Source: Callorhinchus milii (Eukaryota). Taken from it: a stretch of DNA of 64,000 bases. The stretch lies in assembly GCF_018977255.1 (NCBI RefSeq), contig NW_024704743.1, positions 81,284,001-81,348,000 of the forward strand, written 5' to 3'. Shown piece after piece: positions 62,671 to 64,000 of this stretch. The position numbers were made by a program, and so were the translations under genes. Under the pieces are notes generated by a model. That model worked only from the letters and a program-made list of their open reading frames with translations, was not told the DNA's origin and ran no database searches. Position 1 is the first letter of the stretch. Each line of letters begins with the position of its first letter.

Positions 62671-64000
62671 GGAGGGAAGGGAATGTGTACAAAATATGTT
62701 GATACCAATGGGCTGACCACAATACTTTATGATGAAAGTCCTCACAGATTGGGACGGGATATCATATTATTCTTTAAAACCCGGGGATAAACAAAAAAAC
62801 ATATTACCAGGGATAAATAAGCAATAATGTCACCAGGGATATAGAAGGGATGGTGTTACCGGAGAGTTAAGTGGCAAAGTTATTAATGGGGTATGGTCAA
62901 AGAGTGGGCATTGGAAATAAAACATCTGCTAAAAACGCTCAGTGAGCTGAATGGCCTCCTCCTGTGCCTGTTTTCTTTTATTTTTATGAAACGCATGCTC
63001 TCCTTGGACAAATCAAAGGTGTCCTGATCCACACTTTCCGGTTGATAAAACATTCCTAATCAATCCTGCTGATAAGTAAGAAATGGAATGTGTTTAGGAA
63101 TACTGCCATATTGACAACTAGTGACCTAGACCCTGGCACAGCAGACCTTATTACTCTGTCATTACCGCTAACTGGTATTAAAAGCCAAGATATTTTATTC
63201 TTATGGTAACAGGGAAATGCTCTGGCAGCCTAACATTGGATAAAAGAAGGAGGCACTAGATTGTCCAGGTCGTTCTAGACCCTGGAGAGTATATTGGGAA
63301 TGGTAGGCTGATTGTACACCTCTTGGATTAGGCCTGTAATCAAACTGCAAGTCCCAGGGTCCATATGATTAACTATCCCCTTACGGTGGGCTGCTGCCAT
63401 GAATATTCTTAGATAAGTGATATTAATCTTGCAGCGGCGTTTTTTTGTTAAGATACAAACTTGTCTTTGGTTCACTGACCCTGGAGTGCAAGTTGTTGCT
63501 GTTGTTGATTGTGGTTGTACAGACGGATGTAGTCTCCTTAGTTAACAACCAGGCCTGGCGTTGAGAGGCCGTACTTAAAGATGTAAAGGGGTTAAATGCA
63601 TAATGCAAAAAGATGCAAGTGAAACAGATACAATGTAAATAGCCTTTCTTATCTTTTTAGTATGGCCTTCCCCTCATTGCCAACTGTGCCTGCTTTGCAT
63701 TGCTGTTCTTGAGCAGGCCTGTATGGCAGGTGTAAGTGATGAGCCCTCTGTTGCTGCTGTTTTGATTCCCATCCTTGTGGGAAACAGTGTTCTTTCCCCA
63801 GATTACCCGCCTGAGACTGAAAACTCACTGTGAGAGAGACCCCACAGGCTGCTCCCACGATTGGTGACCAGGAGTGCAGCAGTGAGCTGTACCTCCACAC
63901 TGAAGGTTAATGAACCCAGGACGAATTTTGTTTTTCACACATTGTAACCTCAATTATTGGTGTAATGTGCCTTTGAACTGAGGTGGCTCAGTGTACCAAA

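Noticed and set aside
63800..63860. Possible next collagen exon (ccccag-attacccg)
   Set aside because: No Gly-X-Y periodicity in any frame.

Overview
Eukaryotic, vertebrate genomic DNA with no prokaryotic system. The window is the interior of a collagen XIV alpha-1 gene (COL14A1, a FACIT collagen) on the + strand. I traced 35 GT-AG coding exons from 8841 to 62463. They splice in frame to 4250 nt (2 nt plus 1416 codons, no stops), encoding vWA1, seven FN3 repeats, vWA2, a TSPN/LamG-like domain and the start of the Gly-X-Y COL2 helix. The 5' and 3' ends of the gene lie outside the window. Introns are rich in retroelements: a near full-length degenerate CR1 LINE with nested insertions (55-4740), many 5'-truncated L2 copies, a young tRNA-Ala-headed SINE with an L2-type tail, older Deu-domain-type SINEs, foldback elements and an unclassified ~300-bp repeat. 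The repeat landscape suggests a cartilaginous fish, possibly a chimaera (inference). Most ORF-track entries are spurious, exon read-throughs or TE fragments. The most interesting signals are the covarying L2/SINE 3' stem-loop, inverted SINE pairs bracketing exons, a Gly/Ser linker with an in-frame alternative acceptor, and unclassified repeats. I did not find a convincingly new biological system. Comparisons with human COL14A1 and named repeat families are from memory, not from searches.
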